A DNA stretch of 64,000 bases, taken from assembly GCA_017854795.1 (NCBI GenBank), contig JAFMHB010000005.1, positions 10,143 through 74,142 of the forward strand, read 5' to 3'. The DNA comes from Candidatus Nanopelagicales bacterium. GTDB taxonomy: Bacteria; Actinomycetota; Actinomycetes; S36-B12. Below, piece after piece: positions 49,461 through 60,425 of this stretch (positions are counted from its first letter, which is position 1; each line of letters begins with the position of its first letter). The notes below the pieces were generated by a model. The model had not been told where the DNA came from. It was given only the letters and a program-made list of their open reading frames with translations, and searched no databases. The translations under genes were made by a program, and so were the position numbers.

Positions 49461-50098
49461 GAACTAATTCCTTCGCGGTGACGGCCAATTCCCTTACGCA
49501 ATTGGAGAGCTTTTCGAATATATGCAATCGCGGTTGTGAGGGTGAGGATGACCGCAAGGGACATCATTGTGATTTTCGCAATGTCCCAGATCGCGAGGAA
49601 CGACTCTGACGCTGACGCTGGCCAAACCACCAAAAACATGCTGATCGCAATCATCTGCAGAAGAGTTTTTGTTTTACCACCGCGAGAGGCAGTGATGACA
49701 CCGTGCTCGATTACCCAAAAGCGCAGGATCGTAACTCCAATTTCCCGAGCAATTATCACGATCGTGACCCACCAAGGAAGAGCACCCAGATATGACAGGC
49801 CGATCAACGCAACGCCGGTCAGGAATTTATCGGCGATAGGATCCGCGATTTTGCCAACCGTCGTGATCAAACCGTATTTGCGTGCAACATAGCCGTCAAG
49901 TAGATCGGTTAACGACGCCAATAAAAATACCAATGCCGCCCAATTTCGCGACTCCGATGTGCCGTGCAACAAAAGGTAACCCAGCAATGGAACCGCGATC
50001 AATCGGAGTGCCGTGAGAGCGTTTGCAATATTCCACAAAGAGGCACTCGTGGGTAAATCAGCGGCGTGATCCGCCTGCAGCTGGTGCTCGCGCATCAA
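49457..50098 (-). CDS. pgsA: CDP-diacylglycerol--glycerol-3-phosphate 3-phosphatidyltransferase
   Basis: It has the CDP-alcohol phosphatidyltransferase motif ([27 protein letters not shown]) and multiple TM segments. It has 4-nt overlaps with both neighbouring genes. Confidence 0.85.
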   Translation of the reverse strand: MMREHQLQADHAADLPTSASLWNIANALTALRLIAVPLLGYLLLHGTSESRNWAALVFLLASLTDLLDGYVARKYGLITTVGKIADPIADKFLTGVALIGLSYLGALPWWVTIVIIAREIGVTILRFWVIEHGVITASRGGKTKTLLQMIAISMFLVVWPASASESFLAIWDIAKITMMSLAVILTLTTAIAYIRKALQLRKGIGRHREGISS

Positions 50099-51540
50099 GC
50101 AACCAGTTCCGCAACCAAGTCAACTCCACTGCTATCAAGAACTTTTGCTCTTACGAACTGCCCTATTTTCAGAGGCTCCATCTCAGTGTCCAACACGATT
50201 TCGGTCTCTCCATCGTCGGGACCCTGATGACCGGAATGACCAAAATAACTGCCGGATTGCGCATCAAATGACTCGATTACAACTTCCACAATTTCACCAA
50301 TACGATCCTGCGCTCTTTGAGCCATGAGTTCGTCAACTAAGTCAGTAATCAAACGCACCCGTGCTGAAATGATGTCCGGGTCAACCTTAGGCAGCAAATT
50401 GAACGCCTCGGTACCTTCTTCGTCGCTGTACCCGAAAACCCCAACAGCATCAAGTTGTGCCTCTTCTAGGAATGTAACAAGATCGGCGAATTCTTCGTCT
50501 GTCTCACCTGGGAATCCCACAATCACGTTGCTACGAATTCCTGCTGTTGGTGAGAGCCCTCGAATGGTCGCGATTAATTCCAGGAAGGCATCTTTTCCAC
50601 CAAAGCGTTTCATTCGCCGCAGCAATGTCGCAGAAGCGTGTTGGAAAGACAGATCAAAGTAGGGCGCAACGACTCGTGTGCCGGCCATGACCTTCAACAG
50701 GTCAGGACGAACCTCGGCTGGCTGCAAGTAAGCAACCCGTACCCGTGCTATCTCGGTCCCCTCACCGATTGCCGGCAGTAACGACTCAAGAAGTCTCAAG
50801 TCCCCCAAATCCTTGCCATAGGACGTCGAATTTTCACTCACTAAAACAGCCTCGGTCACACCCAATCCAGCAAGCCAAGCGACCTCGGCAACGACATCGG
50901 CGGGCGGACGGGAAATAAAGGATCCACGAAACGACGGTATTGCACAGAAAGTGCAGCGACGGTCACAACCCGATGCCAACTTGACCGGAGCAACGGGTGA
51001 ATTTTCTAGTCTTTTTCGCAGGATCGGCGGTTGCCATGCGAGCGCATCGTCTGCCTCCGGCATTGCTTCCTGCGACCCGTGGCCAGGTATCGGGTTGGTA
51101 TTGGCTGCACGATCAACGGGGCTTATGGGCAGCAGCGTACGGCGGTCACTGGGTTCGTGCGGAACCAACTTGTCACCGCGCATCACAGCGTCTAACCGCT
51201 CGCCGATCATCGGGTAGTCATCAAAACTCAGTACAGCATCAGCTTCAGGAAGGTCATTGGCTAGCTCGCTGCCATAGCGTTGAGCGAGACAGCCCACCGC
51301 AACAACCGCCTTCGTGACTCCGCCGGAATCCTTGAGGTCGGCTGCTTCAATGATGGTGTTAATCGAGTCAGCTTTGGCGATATCAACGAAACCGCAGGTG
51401 TTCACCATCACAGCCTGTGCCAATTCAGGATCGGAAACCAGTTTCCAACCTTGGGCCTCGAGCCTTCCCGCGAGTTCCTCGGAATCAACTTCGTTGCGGG
51501 CGCAACCCATCGTGATTAGGGCAACAGTTTTCTCAGACAC
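50095..51540 (-). CDS. rimO: Ribosomal protein S12 methylthiotransferase
   Basis: It has a UPF0004 domain ([16 protein letters not shown]), a radical SAM motif ([12 protein letters not shown]) and a C-terminal TRAM domain. Confidence 0.88.
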   Translation of the reverse strand: MSEKTVALITMGCARNEVDSEELAGRLEAQGWKLVSDPELAQAVMVNTCGFVDIAKADSINTIIEAADLKDSGGVTKAVVAVGCLAQRYGSELANDLPEADAVLSFDDYPMIGERLDAVMRGDKLVPHEPSDRRTLLPISPVDRAANTNPIPGHGSQEAMPEADDALAWQPPILRKRLENSPVAPVKLASGCDRRCTFCAIPSFRGSFISRPPADVVAEVAWLAGLGVTEAVLVSENSTSYGKDLGDLRLLESLLPAIGEGTEIARVRVAYLQPAEVRPDLLKVMAGTRVVAPYFDLSFQHASATLLRRMKRFGGKDAFLELIATIRGLSPTAGIRSNVIVGFPGETDEEFADLVTFLEEAQLDAVGVFGYSDEEGTEAFNLLPKVDPDIISARVRLITDLVDELMAQRAQDRIGEIVEVVIESFDAQSGSYFGHSGHQGPDDGETEIVLDTEMEPLKIGQFVRAKVLDSSGVDLVAELVA

Positions 51541-51549
51541 CCCAAGAGT

Positions 51550-54138
51550 CTACCCGCCACGGATAGAAAGGATTAATCCCGGAAGTTCATCAGCCGTGAC
51601 TAATACATCCCGAGCCTTTGATCCCTCACTTGGACCGACGACCCCGCGCGACTCCATCAAGTCCATCAATCGGCCTGCCTTGGCGAATCCGACGCGCAGT
51701 TTGCGTTGCAGCATGGATGTTGAGCCGAACTGAGTACCCACGACCAATTCCACGGCTTGTAGCAAAATATCAAGGTCATCGCCAATATCCCCATCAATCT
51801 CCTTGGCGGAGGCAACTGGAGTGGTCACTTCATCGAGGTAGTCCGTATCCCATTGATCCTTGCAGTGATTGACAATTGCCCGAATTTCATGTTCGGACAC
51901 AAAAGCACCTTGGATCCGCATCGCCTTATTTTCACCCATTGGTAAGAAGAGCCCGTCACCTTGACCAACTAGTTTTTCGGCACCAGACTGATCTAGGATC
52001 ACCCTGCTGTCAGCCAAACTAGAAGTCGCGAAAGCCAGGCGGCTCGGGACATTCGCTTTGATCAAGCCAGTTACAACATCAACGCTTGGACGCTGCGTTG
52101 CAAGAACCAGGTGAATACCAGCGGCCCGTGCGAGCTGAGTGATACGAACAACCGAATCCTCGACATCACGGGGCGCAACCATCATGAGGTCGGCGAGTTC
52201 ATCAACGATAATCAAAAGATAAGGGTATGGCTCGATCTTTCGCTCTGAACCAAGTAACGGCTTTACTTTGCCGGTGCGAACTGCCTTATTGAAGTCGTCA
52301 ATGTGACGGAAGCCGAAAGCTGAGAGATCGTCGTATCGGCGATCCATTTCTTTGACAACCCATGCAAGTGCGTCAGCTGCCTTCTTCGGATTCGTAATGA
52401 TTGGAGTGATCAGATGAGGAACACCCTCGTAAATTGTCAGTTCAACTCGTTTGGGGTCAACGAGGATCATTCGGACTTCTTCAGGTGTCGATCGCATCAA
52501 GATCGAAGTAATTAGCGAGTTAATACAACTACTTTTGCCGGCTCCAGTCGCTCCTGCAACCAAAATATGTGGCATTTTGGCTAGGTTTGCCACGACGAAA
52601 CTGCCTTCGACATCTTTGCCTAGCGCAACCACCATGGGATGCTGGTCATTAGCTGCGACCTTGCTTTTGAGTACATCGCCCAGTGCCACCAATTCGCGAT
52701 CAGTATTAGGTATTTCGATACCAATAGCTTTTTTCCCCGGGATTGGACTCAGAATTCGAACTTCAGCACTTGCCACTGCATAGGCAATATTCTTACTCAG
52801 CGCCGTAACCCGCTCAACTTTCACACTTTGTCCAAGTTCAATTTCATAACGGGTAACTGTTGGTCCCCGCATGAAGCCGACAACCTTCGCGTCAATGCCG
52901 AACTGCGTCATGACGTCGGTCAGAGCAGTCACAACAAGGTCATTAGCTTTTGTGGCCGTTTTATGTGCGGGACCCACCTTCAGGAGATCACCTTTGGGAA
53001 GTTGGTAGGTGGTGCGCGGCGTCAGCGGTAATTGTTCACTCTTTTGCGGCACTGCCACAATTTGAGTAGCGCCTTTTGCTGCTGGAATTGCACTACCGAC
53101 CACGATCGTGTCACTACGCGAGGTGGTTTTTCCTACCAATTTTGGGTCTAACTCGGCAACACCAGCCATGAGAGCAGCAGCCGGGCGTTCGTCTTGACTT
53201 GGTATTGGAGAAATAAATGGTTCATCTCCTACCAATTCGATATCCGAATGATCGGCGCGCAGCACTCCGTTCGGGTTGGCAAAGCCTGGACCTTGACCTA
53301 TCTCCACATCTGTCTCAACATCAACGAACTCAACTTCACCTTCGTCGTGTTCACCACCATTGTCACGTTCACGGGATCGGATTCCCCCATGCAAACGATG
53401 GTATCCTCCGACGGCGACCTCCCGCAACCGGGCAATCGATGTCTTGGTGAGTACTAGGTAGCCAAAGAAACCCAATAATACGAGTAAAAATCCGCTCACT
53501 ATCGAACCCAAAGCCGCGACCACGGGCGCTGTGACAATCCAGCCCATCGTGCCACCTGCGGTATTCATGGCTTCGGCACCGCTGCTCGGTGTCGCGGCGC
53601 CCTGCGCCAGGTGCCAAAGCCCTAAAACACTAACGACTATGGCCGTTATCCCTATGGCTAGGCGACCGGTTGCCCCATTCTGATCAGGGTGCCGCAGGAA
53701 TCGCCATGCGAGGGCGAGGAGAAGAAGCGGCGCCACCCACGCCAAAGCGCCGAAAAAGGATGTGGCCAACATTGACGTCCAAGAAATGAACCAACCGTCG
53801 ACTCCGAACCAAGTCGCTGCAATCAAGATAATAGCCGCGGCAATCAGGGAAAGACCCAATCCATCACGGCGAAGCTCTGGGTCAAGTTCGCGGGCACTCT
53901 TGCCGACACCCCGAGCCGCTCCACCAGCGAGGTGAGCAGCACCATTCCAAACCCTGCCGACCGCTCTGCCCGCACCTGCCAACGCCCGAGGTACGGGACC
54001 TGGTCGAGCCGGGCCCGATGTGCGTTGCACGGGTGATTTTCGGGTCCGCGTGGAGGCTCTTTTCGAGCTCGAGCGCGAGCTGCTCTTGGACTTGCTAGGG
54101 GAAGATCCACGCGTGCGCGTAGTCGAGCGGGAAGCCAT
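51550..54138 (-). CDS. ftsK: DNA translocase FtsK
   Basis: 862 aa with a basic N-terminus and 4 TM segments. The motor domain has Walker A (GATGAGKSS) and Walker B (LLIIVDELADL). The C-terminal gamma domain contains SMLQRKLRVGFAKAGRLMDLME. Confidence 0.92.
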   Translation of the reverse strand: MASRSTTRTRGSSPSKSKSSSRSSSKRASTRTRKSPVQRTSGPARPGPVPRALAGAGRAVGRVWNGAAHLAGGAARGVGKSARELDPELRRDGLGLSLIAAAIILIAATWFGVDGWFISWTSMLATSFFGALAWVAPLLLLALAWRFLRHPDQNGATGRLAIGITAIVVSVLGLWHLAQGAATPSSGAEAMNTAGGTMGWIVTAPVVAALGSIVSGFLLVLLGFFGYLVLTKTSIARLREVAVGGYHRLHGGIRSRERDNGGEHDEGEVEFVDVETDVEIGQGPGFANPNGVLRADHSDIELVGDEPFISPIPSQDERPAAALMAGVAELDPKLVGKTTSRSDTIVVGSAIPAAKGATQIVAVPQKSEQLPLTPRTTYQLPKGDLLKVGPAHKTATKANDLVVTALTDVMTQFGIDAKVVGFMRGPTVTRYEIELGQSVKVERVTALSKNIAYAVASAEVRILSPIPGKKAIGIEIPNTDRELVALGDVLKSKVAANDQHPMVVALGKDVEGSFVVANLAKMPHILVAGATGAGKSSCINSLITSILMRSTPEEVRMILVDPKRVELTIYEGVPHLITPIITNPKKAADALAWVVKEMDRRYDDLSAFGFRHIDDFNKAVRTGKVKPLLGSERKIEPYPYLLIIVDELADLMMVAPRDVEDSVVRITQLARAAGIHLVLATQRPSVDVVTGLIKANVPSRLAFATSSLADSRVILDQSGAEKLVGQGDGLFLPMGENKAMRIQGAFVSEHEIRAIVNHCKDQWDTDYLDEVTTPVASAKEIDGDIGDDLDILLQAVELVVGTQFGSTSMLQRKLRVGFAKAGRLMDLMESRGVVGPSEGSKARDVLVTADELPGLILSIRGG

Positions 54139-54220
54139 GGGATCGAGCGTACCGAGTCAAACCATTAATCCCCAGCAGTCACACTCGTCCCGCGTGTCAC
54201 AAATCTGCCATTCTGTGCTG

Positions 54221-55909
54221 CTAATGACCGCTTTTGATCCCAATTACGACAGGCACGATCATGGGACGGCGCCTATGGGTCGTGCCCACCCATTTGCCAA
54301 CAATCTTGCGGGCCTTTTGCGACAGTTCATGGGGATCATCAATCCCCTCTTTCATAGCCTCAGTCAGTGCTTTGGCTACTTCTGCAGCTACCTTTGTCGT
54401 GTCAGAGGTTTGACCAACCCCACGATCTACAATCTCTGGACCAACAACGACACACTGATTGGCAATATCAACAGCCGCGTACACAGAGATGAAACCTTCC
54501 TCGCCCAAAATTAACCGGTCCTTGAGCAAGTTTTCGTCCGCACTTCCCACACTGGCTCCGTCAACATACACCTCACGCAGCGGGTACGCGCCAGCAATGA
54601 CTGCTTCATCCGATGTCACATCAACGCATGCGCCATTGGCAGCAATGAGTACATGGTCTGTTGGGACGCCCACGCTGACAGCGAGAAGTGCATTGGCTTT
54701 CAAATGACGCCATTCACCATGAATTGGCATGACATATTTAGGTTTCACGACGTTGTACACATAACGCAACTCGCCAGCCGCGGCATGCCCCGAAACGTGC
54801 ACCAACTCGTTACCTTTATGAACAACATCTGCTCCCAGCACCGTTAAACCGTTGATTACTCGATACACGGCGTTTTCATTCCCTGGTATCAGTGAGGAAG
54901 CTAAAACAATTGTGTCTCCCTCACCCACCGAAATATCGTGACTGCGATTAGCTATCCGCGATAACACCGCCATTGGTTCGCCTTGAGAACCCGTGCAAAT
55001 CAGCACCGCCCGATCGTCGGGCAGTTGAGAAAGCTCGTCCATCGAAATAAGTGTGTTACCTGGGATCGTGAGGTAACCCAGGTCTCGAGCAAGGTTCATG
55101 TTGCGGACCATGGACCGGCCCACAAAAGCTATTTTGCGGTTATGCGACACCGCTATGTCGATTATCTGCTGAACCCGATGAACGTGTGAGGCAAAGGATG
55201 CAACGATTACCCGGCCCTTTGCCCGATTAAAGACTCTTTCAAGCACCGGGATTATCTCTTTTTCACTGGGGACAAATCCCGGGACTTCAGCATTAGTGCT
55301 ATCGACCATTAGGACATCCACGCCGAGTTCACCTATGCGGGCGAAACTTGCAAGATCGGTAATGCGACCGTCCAATGGCAACTGATCCATCTTGAAATCG
55401 CCTGTATGCAGCACTCTGCCCGCCGGCGTTGTAATCGAAATGGCCATGGCGTCAGGTATTGAATGGTTCACAGCCAAAAACTCAAGTTCGAACGGACCAA
55501 CTTTTTCAATTGCCCGATCTGCAACCGACAGCGTAAAAGGTTTAATCCGATGTTCCTTCAATTTCGCTTCAATAAATGCGAGTGTCAAAGTGGAACCGAT
55601 AATGGGGATATCAGCACGGTAACGCAGCAAGTAAGGCACCGCACCAATGTGGTCTTCATGACCATGCGTAAGGACTATTGCATCAATATCGTTGATTCGA
55701 TCTAGTAATGGTGCGAAGTCAGGCAAAATAAGGTCGATACCAGGGTGTGATTCTTCGGGGAACAAAACACCACAATCAACGATGAGCAACCGTGAGTCAT
55801 ATTCAAAAACGGTCATATTGCGACCGATCTCACCGAGACCACCCAGCGGCATGATCCGTAGAGTTCCCAGGGCTAATGGTGGTGGCTCGGGCAAGTCAGG
55901 TAGGAACAT
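54221..55909 (-). CDS. rnj: Ribonuclease J
   Basis: 562 aa with a metallo-beta-lactamase/beta-CASP fold. Motifs are LTHGHEDHIG, DSTNAE and SGHAAAGEL. Confidence 0.92.
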   Translation of the reverse strand: MFLPDLPEPPPLALGTLRIMPLGGLGEIGRNMTVFEYDSRLLIVDCGVLFPEESHPGIDLILPDFAPLLDRINDIDAIVLTHGHEDHIGAVPYLLRYRADIPIIGSTLTLAFIEAKLKEHRIKPFTLSVADRAIEKVGPFELEFLAVNHSIPDAMAISITTPAGRVLHTGDFKMDQLPLDGRITDLASFARIGELGVDVLMVDSTNAEVPGFVPSEKEIIPVLERVFNRAKGRVIVASFASHVHRVQQIIDIAVSHNRKIAFVGRSMVRNMNLARDLGYLTIPGNTLISMDELSQLPDDRAVLICTGSQGEPMAVLSRIANRSHDISVGEGDTIVLASSLIPGNENAVYRVINGLTVLGADVVHKGNELVHVSGHAAAGELRYVYNVVKPKYVMPIHGEWRHLKANALLAVSVGVPTDHVLIAANGACVDVTSDEAVIAGAYPLREVYVDGASVGSADENLLKDRLILGEEGFISVYAAVDIANQCVVVGPEIVDRGVGQTSDTTKVAAEVAKALTEAMKEGIDDPHELSQKARKIVGKWVGTTHRRRPMIVPVVIGIKSGH

Positions 55910-55947
55910 GTAATTGGTCCTTAATAGTTGTTAGTAGCTCAGGTGAA

Positions 55948-56838
55948 CTAGGAGAATGAAGTAACGCCACCTGCGGCAAGATCGATTTTCAATTGCTCGA
56001 TCTCCCTCGAAGTTGCATTGACTAACGGTAGTCGAACGGGTCCGCTCGGTAGACCTTGCAGGTTGAGGGCAGCTTTGGTCAAAATAACGCCTTGCGCCCG
56101 AAAAATTCCTGTATAAACCGGCAACAGGGATTCATTGATTGCGCGAGCTGCTTCAACATCGCCACTCCAAAAGACTTCGGCCATTTTTGCCAGCCTATCC
56201 CCCACTAGGTGACCAACAACTGAAACCATTCCACCTGCCCCAAGAGCCAGTAATGCCAAGTTCAATGAGTCTTCGCCGCTATACCAGGCAAGATCGGTCC
56301 GCGCCATTACCCATTGTGATGCTTCCAAATCACCTTTCGCATCTTTATTAGCGATAATTCTTGAGTGCTCCGACAGCCGTACAAGAGTTTCAGTTTCTAT
56401 TGCGACACCGGTGCGGCGAGGAATGTCATAGGTCATCAGTGGCAGGTCGGTGCTATCAGCAATAGCCCAGAAATGTTCAAAGATTCCCTGCTGCGGTGGC
56501 CTGTTGTAATAGGGGGCTGCAGCCATGAGCGCGTCTACACCCACTTTTGCGGCCGATTGGGCACTGGAAATCGAATGTGCTGTGTCATTTGTGCCGACGC
56601 CAGCAATGACAGTAGCTCGATCACCCACTGCTTCCACAACTGCCTGCAAGAGAGCGAGATCTTCCGCGTCGGTCTTGGTAGATGCTTCCCCCGTAGTGCC
56701 ATTGATCACAAGTCCGTCATGACCGAGGTTGTCAACCAAGTGAGTGGCGAGCTTCTGGGCTCCGGATAGGTCTTGGCTACCGTCGGGTGCAAACGGCGTG
56801 ATCATAGCTGTGAGCATGACCCCAAACGGACTTTTCAT
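55948..56838 (-). CDS. dapA: 4-hydroxy-tetrahydrodipicolinate synthase
   Basis: It has the motif INGTTGEAST, YNRPPQQG, and the catalytic Lys context IIANKDAKG. Confidence 0.92.
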   Translation of the reverse strand: MKSPFGVMLTAMITPFAPDGSQDLSGAQKLATHLVDNLGHDGLVINGTTGEASTKTDAEDLALLQAVVEAVGDRATVIAGVGTNDTAHSISSAQSAAKVGVDALMAAAPYYNRPPQQGIFEHFWAIADSTDLPLMTYDIPRRTGVAIETETLVRLSEHSRIIANKDAKGDLEASQWVMARTDLAWYSGEDSLNLALLALGAGGMVSVVGHLVGDRLAKMAEVFWSGDVEAARAINESLLPVYTGIFRAQGVILTKAALNLQGLPSGPVRLPLVNATSREIEQLKIDLAAGGVTSFS

Positions 56839-56877
56839 GTCAAAACCTTATCGCTAGGCCGAAATACAGAGCATCGG

Positions 56878-57591
56878 CTAAGGAGCTACACGGCCATTGG
56901 CAATAAAGGTTGCATGGGTAATCGGCATTAACTTCGCAAAATGATCCTCGTAGACCTCGGCGACCATTTCAATCTCGCGTTGAGGATAGGAAGGGAAATG
57001 TGATCCCTCGACCTTGCGGCGCAAGGAAAGAAAGTTCATCAATGAACGTGCGTTCATTGTGACGTACGCCGACGAGAAAATCGTGACGGGCAGAACCATG
57101 CGCGCCACTTCACGAGCAACACCAGCCTCAAGCATCCGCAGATAAGCCTCGTAAGCACTAGTGCACGTGTCCTTTATGGCGTTGTCCACAAGATCGTATT
57201 GCTGGGTGGTCCCAGGATGAAATTCGTATGCGCCCGGTTTTCCCGACTGGATCAAAGGCCGATCATGGCCCGGAACATAAAAAACCGGCAGCAACTCCCG
57301 GTAGCGACCGGACTCTTCGTTGTAGCTTGCAATTCGGTGTCGCATATGTTCGCGCCAAACAAAAATTGGGGCTTTAACAAAGAAGGTCATGGAATTATGT
57401 TCAAAAGGACTGCCATGACGGTCGCGCATCAAATAGTTGATTAAGCCAGCGCTCCGTTGGGGATCAGCATCTACATCTTCTAATGACTGCTCACCAACCG
57501 TTGAAACACGGGCCGCAAATACGACATCAGCATCACTGGCATTCGCCCGAACCAATTCAACCGTAATGTCGCTCCGAAACTCAATTTCCAC
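56878..57591 (-). CDS. thyX: FAD-dependent thymidylate synthase
   Basis: It has the ThyX motifs RHGSPFEH and REHMRHRIASYNEESGRY (the RHR...S.R signature). I chose GTG 57591 (VEIEFRSD); the longest ORF starts at 57723. Confidence 0.88.
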   Translation of the reverse strand: MEIEFRSDITVELVRANASDADVVFAARVSTVGEQSLEDVDADPQRSAGLINYLMRDRHGSPFEHNSMTFFVKAPIFVWREHMRHRIASYNEESGRYRELLPVFYVPGHDRPLIQSGKPGAYEFHPGTTQQYDLVDNAIKDTCTSAYEAYLRMLEAGVAREVARMVLPVTIFSSAYVTMNARSLMNFLSLRRKVEGSHFPSYPQREIEMVAEVYEDHFAKLMPITHATFIANGRVAP

Positions 57592-57659
57592 GAGCCACAG
57601 TCTAGCGGCACAGCGGTCTAGGGGCTGGTCAGCCAACTTGGCTGCGCTACCGTGTCGTT

Positions 57660-58199
57660 GTGGATACCGTGCGATTGGCAAACGCAACAGATGCCCGAGA
57701 CATAGCCCAACTCCAGATCTCAAATTGGCAACTCACTCATTCTGTTTTGGCCCAATCACTGGATCCCGGCGACGTAGAATCAACGTGGGCTCAAGCTATA
57801 ACAATCCACGGTGAACTTGGGCGGGTACTCGTGTGCGAACGTGATGGAACTCTTGTCGGTGTTATTGCTATTGAATTTCACGGTGAGCTAGGCCTAATTT
57901 CTCTTTTAGAAGTTGCCCCTGCGGTCCGCCGGCAACTCATTGGTGCCCGATTACTCAACGCTGTCGCCGATATCGCCGGACAGGCTGGATGTCGACACAT
58001 GTCACTCTGGCTTAACGATGATCAAGCAGATGCCAAGAAATTCTTTGAATCCATGGGATGGGCTCTGAGCGGTGCCACCCGAACTGTCAGTGCAGAACTA
58101 GTAGACCTAGCAGAACCGACACTCGCCAAAAACGCGCGGAATTCAACTTCTGAAATTACCCAGCAGCAATGTGAATTGACCACTTCGTTGTCGCTGTAG
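57660..58199 (+). CDS. GNAT family N-acetyltransferase
   Basis: 179 aa with the acetyl-CoA binding motif context (VAPAVRRQLIGARLLNA). The start is GTG. Confidence 0.75.
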   Translation: MDTVRLANATDARDIAQLQISNWQLTHSVLAQSLDPGDVESTWAQAITIHGELGRVLVCERDGTLVGVIAIEFHGELGLISLLEVAPAVRRQLIGARLLNAVADIAGQAGCRHMSLWLNDDQADAKKFFESMGWALSGATRTVSAELVDLAEPTLAKNARNSTSEITQQQCELTTSLSL

Positions 58200-58410
58200 A
58201 AGAAACATTAAGAGGCAGAAAAACCGGCGGCTCCACCGTGCCCACCGACACCAACAGCGTGGCATATTGAATTCACTTGACGCAAGCCCTTTCTGTTCCC
58301 GAGTAGGGGACTCGTGTCGCTATTTTTGCAACATTTAGGTAGTCCTGCTGATTCGACCCGGACACGGCCGCTAGCCTGCCACAATCACATTTGAGTTCGT
58401 TAGGGGCAAC

Positions 58411-59145
58411 ATGGCGGGAAAAGGCGGTAGTCGCCAGGACGACGGTGACACGCGCACGATTGACCGAAATGCACTCGGAATTGGGATAGCGACCGGAGCC
58501 TATGCGCTGTCCTTCGGCGCTATTTCCGTTGCCAGCGGACTCAGCGTTGTGCAAACCCAGACCCTCTCCCTGTTCATGTTCACGGGAGCATCACAGTTTG
58601 CCTTCGTAGGGGTAATTGGCGCAGGAGGGGGTGCCGTTATCGCTATCGTCACAGCGATGCTCCTCGGTGCTCGCAATAGCCTGTACGCGCTCTCCTTAGG
58701 ACCAGTGTTATCGCCGAGTCGAAAGACGGTTCCTTTAACCGCGCTTTTGACAATAGATGAGTCAACGGCAATGGCACTGAGTTACAACAAATCCAAAAAA
58801 GCGTCTCGTCGGGCTTTCTTTGCGACAGGCATCAGTGTTTACGTATTTTGGAATATAGGGACCGCATTTGGATCACTAGGCGCCAGCGCATTGTCTGACC
58901 CCGGGGTTCTGGGTCTTGATGCCGCTATTCCCGCGGGATTTCTTGCATTGCTATGGCCGCGCCTCAACGGTGGATCAAAAAGTGAGAATCGCAAGATGTG
59001 GGCACTAGCAATCGCAAGCGCAGCAGTCGCGATGGTTTTAATTCCTTTCCTCCGGCCTGGTCTTCCCGTGCTGTTCAGCGCTCTAGTGGCCGTAGCTGCG
59101 AGCATTCTGTGGGGGGAAACTAGCCGACCGATTGTCGAGGACTGA
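58411..59145 (+). CDS. azlC: AzlC family branched-chain amino acid exporter permease
   Basis: 244 aa with the motif LSLFMFTGASQFAFVGV and multiple TM segments. An azlD-like gene follows. Confidence 0.8.
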   Translation: MAGKGGSRQDDGDTRTIDRNALGIGIATGAYALSFGAISVASGLSVVQTQTLSLFMFTGASQFAFVGVIGAGGGAVIAIVTAMLLGARNSLYALSLGPVLSPSRKTVPLTALLTIDESTAMALSYNKSKKASRRAFFATGISVYVFWNIGTAFGSLGASALSDPGVLGLDAAIPAGFLALLWPRLNGGSKSENRKMWALAIASAAVAMVLIPFLRPGLPVLFSALVAVAASILWGETSRPIVED

Positions 59146-59147
59146 CC

Positions 59148-59456
59148 ATGTGGGCCAGCATCCTTATAGCTTCATTTGGCACATACGCTGAGAAACTAGT
59201 CGGATACATGCTGCCCCATCACATGCTTGAGCGTGAATCAATTCGACGAATGACTGGGCTACTCCCTGTATCGTTACTGGCAGCTCTGGTAGCGGTCCAA
59301 ACATTCGCAATCAGCCAGACACTGTTCATCGACGCACGGGTACTCGGCCTCGGTGTAGCGGTTGTTGCGCTACTCCTCAGAGCCCCGTTTCTCGTTGTAA
59401 TCATTGCTGCGGCTGCGAGTACAGCAATTGTTCGTTGGCTCGGCTGGTTGCCATAA
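59148..59456 (+). CDS. azlD: AzlD domain membrane protein
   Basis: 102 aa with 3-4 TM segments, 2 nt downstream of azlC. Confidence 0.75.
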   Translation: MWASILIASFGTYAEKLVGYMLPHHMLERESIRRMTGLLPVSLLAALVAVQTFAISQTLFIDARVLGLGVAVVALLLRAPFLVVIIAAAASTAIVRWLGWLP

Positions 59457-59989
59457 TGGGCGAACCAATATTTCGGAAACCAATTTTTGGATCCGTATGG
59501 CGTTATCCCGAGGCAGATCCCCAACGACTGCAACGCGTGGGACGAAGGGGTCTTTTGCGGTTGGCTGTACTAGTACCGATGACGTTGTTGCTTGTCTCAC
59601 TTCTGTCAATCAGCATTGTTTATGCGACCACGGGAATCTCGTTAAGCGAGGCAATAATCATCGGGTTTTTTCTCGCATGCACTACTCTTCTCATCCTGCG
59701 TGGCTGGATGCTTGGCACCTTTATTAACGGTAACGGATTCAAAATTGTTACTTTGTTCAATACCATTTCAGGCCATTGGAAACATGACTTCCAAGTTGAG
59801 ACTAAGTCAACGCTTTGGAAACTCGCAGGCGTTCCGATTGGTATCAGGAGCCAAAGGGTGGTGTTCTTGTCAAGCAGTGGAAGAGAAATCCACACTCACA
59901 TATATTTCGGAAGTGTTGACGGTATCTATACCCGTGAAAGATTTGACGTGCTTTTTGGATTACTTCACAGGTGGAGTGCTCCGGAATAA
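59456..59989 (+). CDS. Hypothetical membrane protein (2 TM plus a soluble C-terminal domain)
   Basis: Its ATG overlaps the azlD stop (TAATG). It has two hydrophobic helices followed by an approximately 90-aa soluble region. I recognise no family motif. Confidence 0.45.
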   Translation: MGEPIFRKPIFGSVWRYPEADPQRLQRVGRRGLLRLAVLVPMTLLLVSLLSISIVYATTGISLSEAIIIGFFLACTTLLILRGWMLGTFINGNGFKIVTLFNTISGHWKHDFQVETKSTLWKLAGVPIGIRSQRVVFLSSSGREIHTHIYFGSVDGIYTRERFDVLFGLLHRWSAPE

Positions 59990-60421
59990 GCGCGCGGCCT
60001 CACGCATTGAAGCCCGAGCAGCCTTACGGTCCCGTGATTCGTCATAAGCCAATGCCAGTAGATAACACTTCACCCAGTCACTGGGATCATGGGATTCGGC
60101 GATCGATTCAAATCGAGCATCAGCAGCTGCAAGCACGCTCCGCCCTGATTCTTCCTTTGGTAAATCATCAGTTGGCAACAACCCAGATTGCGCAAGTTCG
60201 CGTCCCATTTTCTGCATAGCGAATCCAAATCGAATTTCGCGAAAAATCAAATAAAGTCCTAAGCCTGGCACAATCACAACCGCAACCGCGAAAAGAGTAA
60301 GAACTGGGTTACCTTCTTGAATCAAAAGTCGCGCTCGATCTATTGCGAAAACAAAATAAAGGACGCAAATCAGAGTGAAAATCGCGACCCAGATTTTGGG
60401 ACTTTTTAATCGTGCCAGCAC
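59960..60421 (-). CDS. Hypothetical membrane protein (2 TM plus a helical C-terminal domain)
   Basis: 153 aa, immediately downstream of dapB. It has two TM helices, then the helical region ...WVKCYLLALAYDESRDRKAARASMREAARLF. No recognised family. Confidence 0.5.
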   Translation of the reverse strand: MLARLKSPKIWVAIFTLICVLYFVFAIDRARLLIQEGNPVLTLFAVAVVIVPGLGLYLIFREIRFGFAMQKMGRELAQSGLLPTDDLPKEESGRSVLAAADARFESIAESHDPSDWVKCYLLALAYDESRDRKAARASMREAARLFRSTPPVK

Positions 60422-60425
60422 TTTC

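Noticed and set aside
58273-58554. A 93-aa minus-strand ORF spanning the GNAT-azlC intergenic region, and a possible RNA gene in 58200-58410.
   Set aside because: The ORF overlaps the azlC start and has no motif or RBS. I could find no tRNA-like cloverleaf or known riboswitch core. The only feature is a weak hairpin (CGAGT-AGGGG-ACTCG followed by a T-run, about 58300-58327) that may terminate the GNAT gene.
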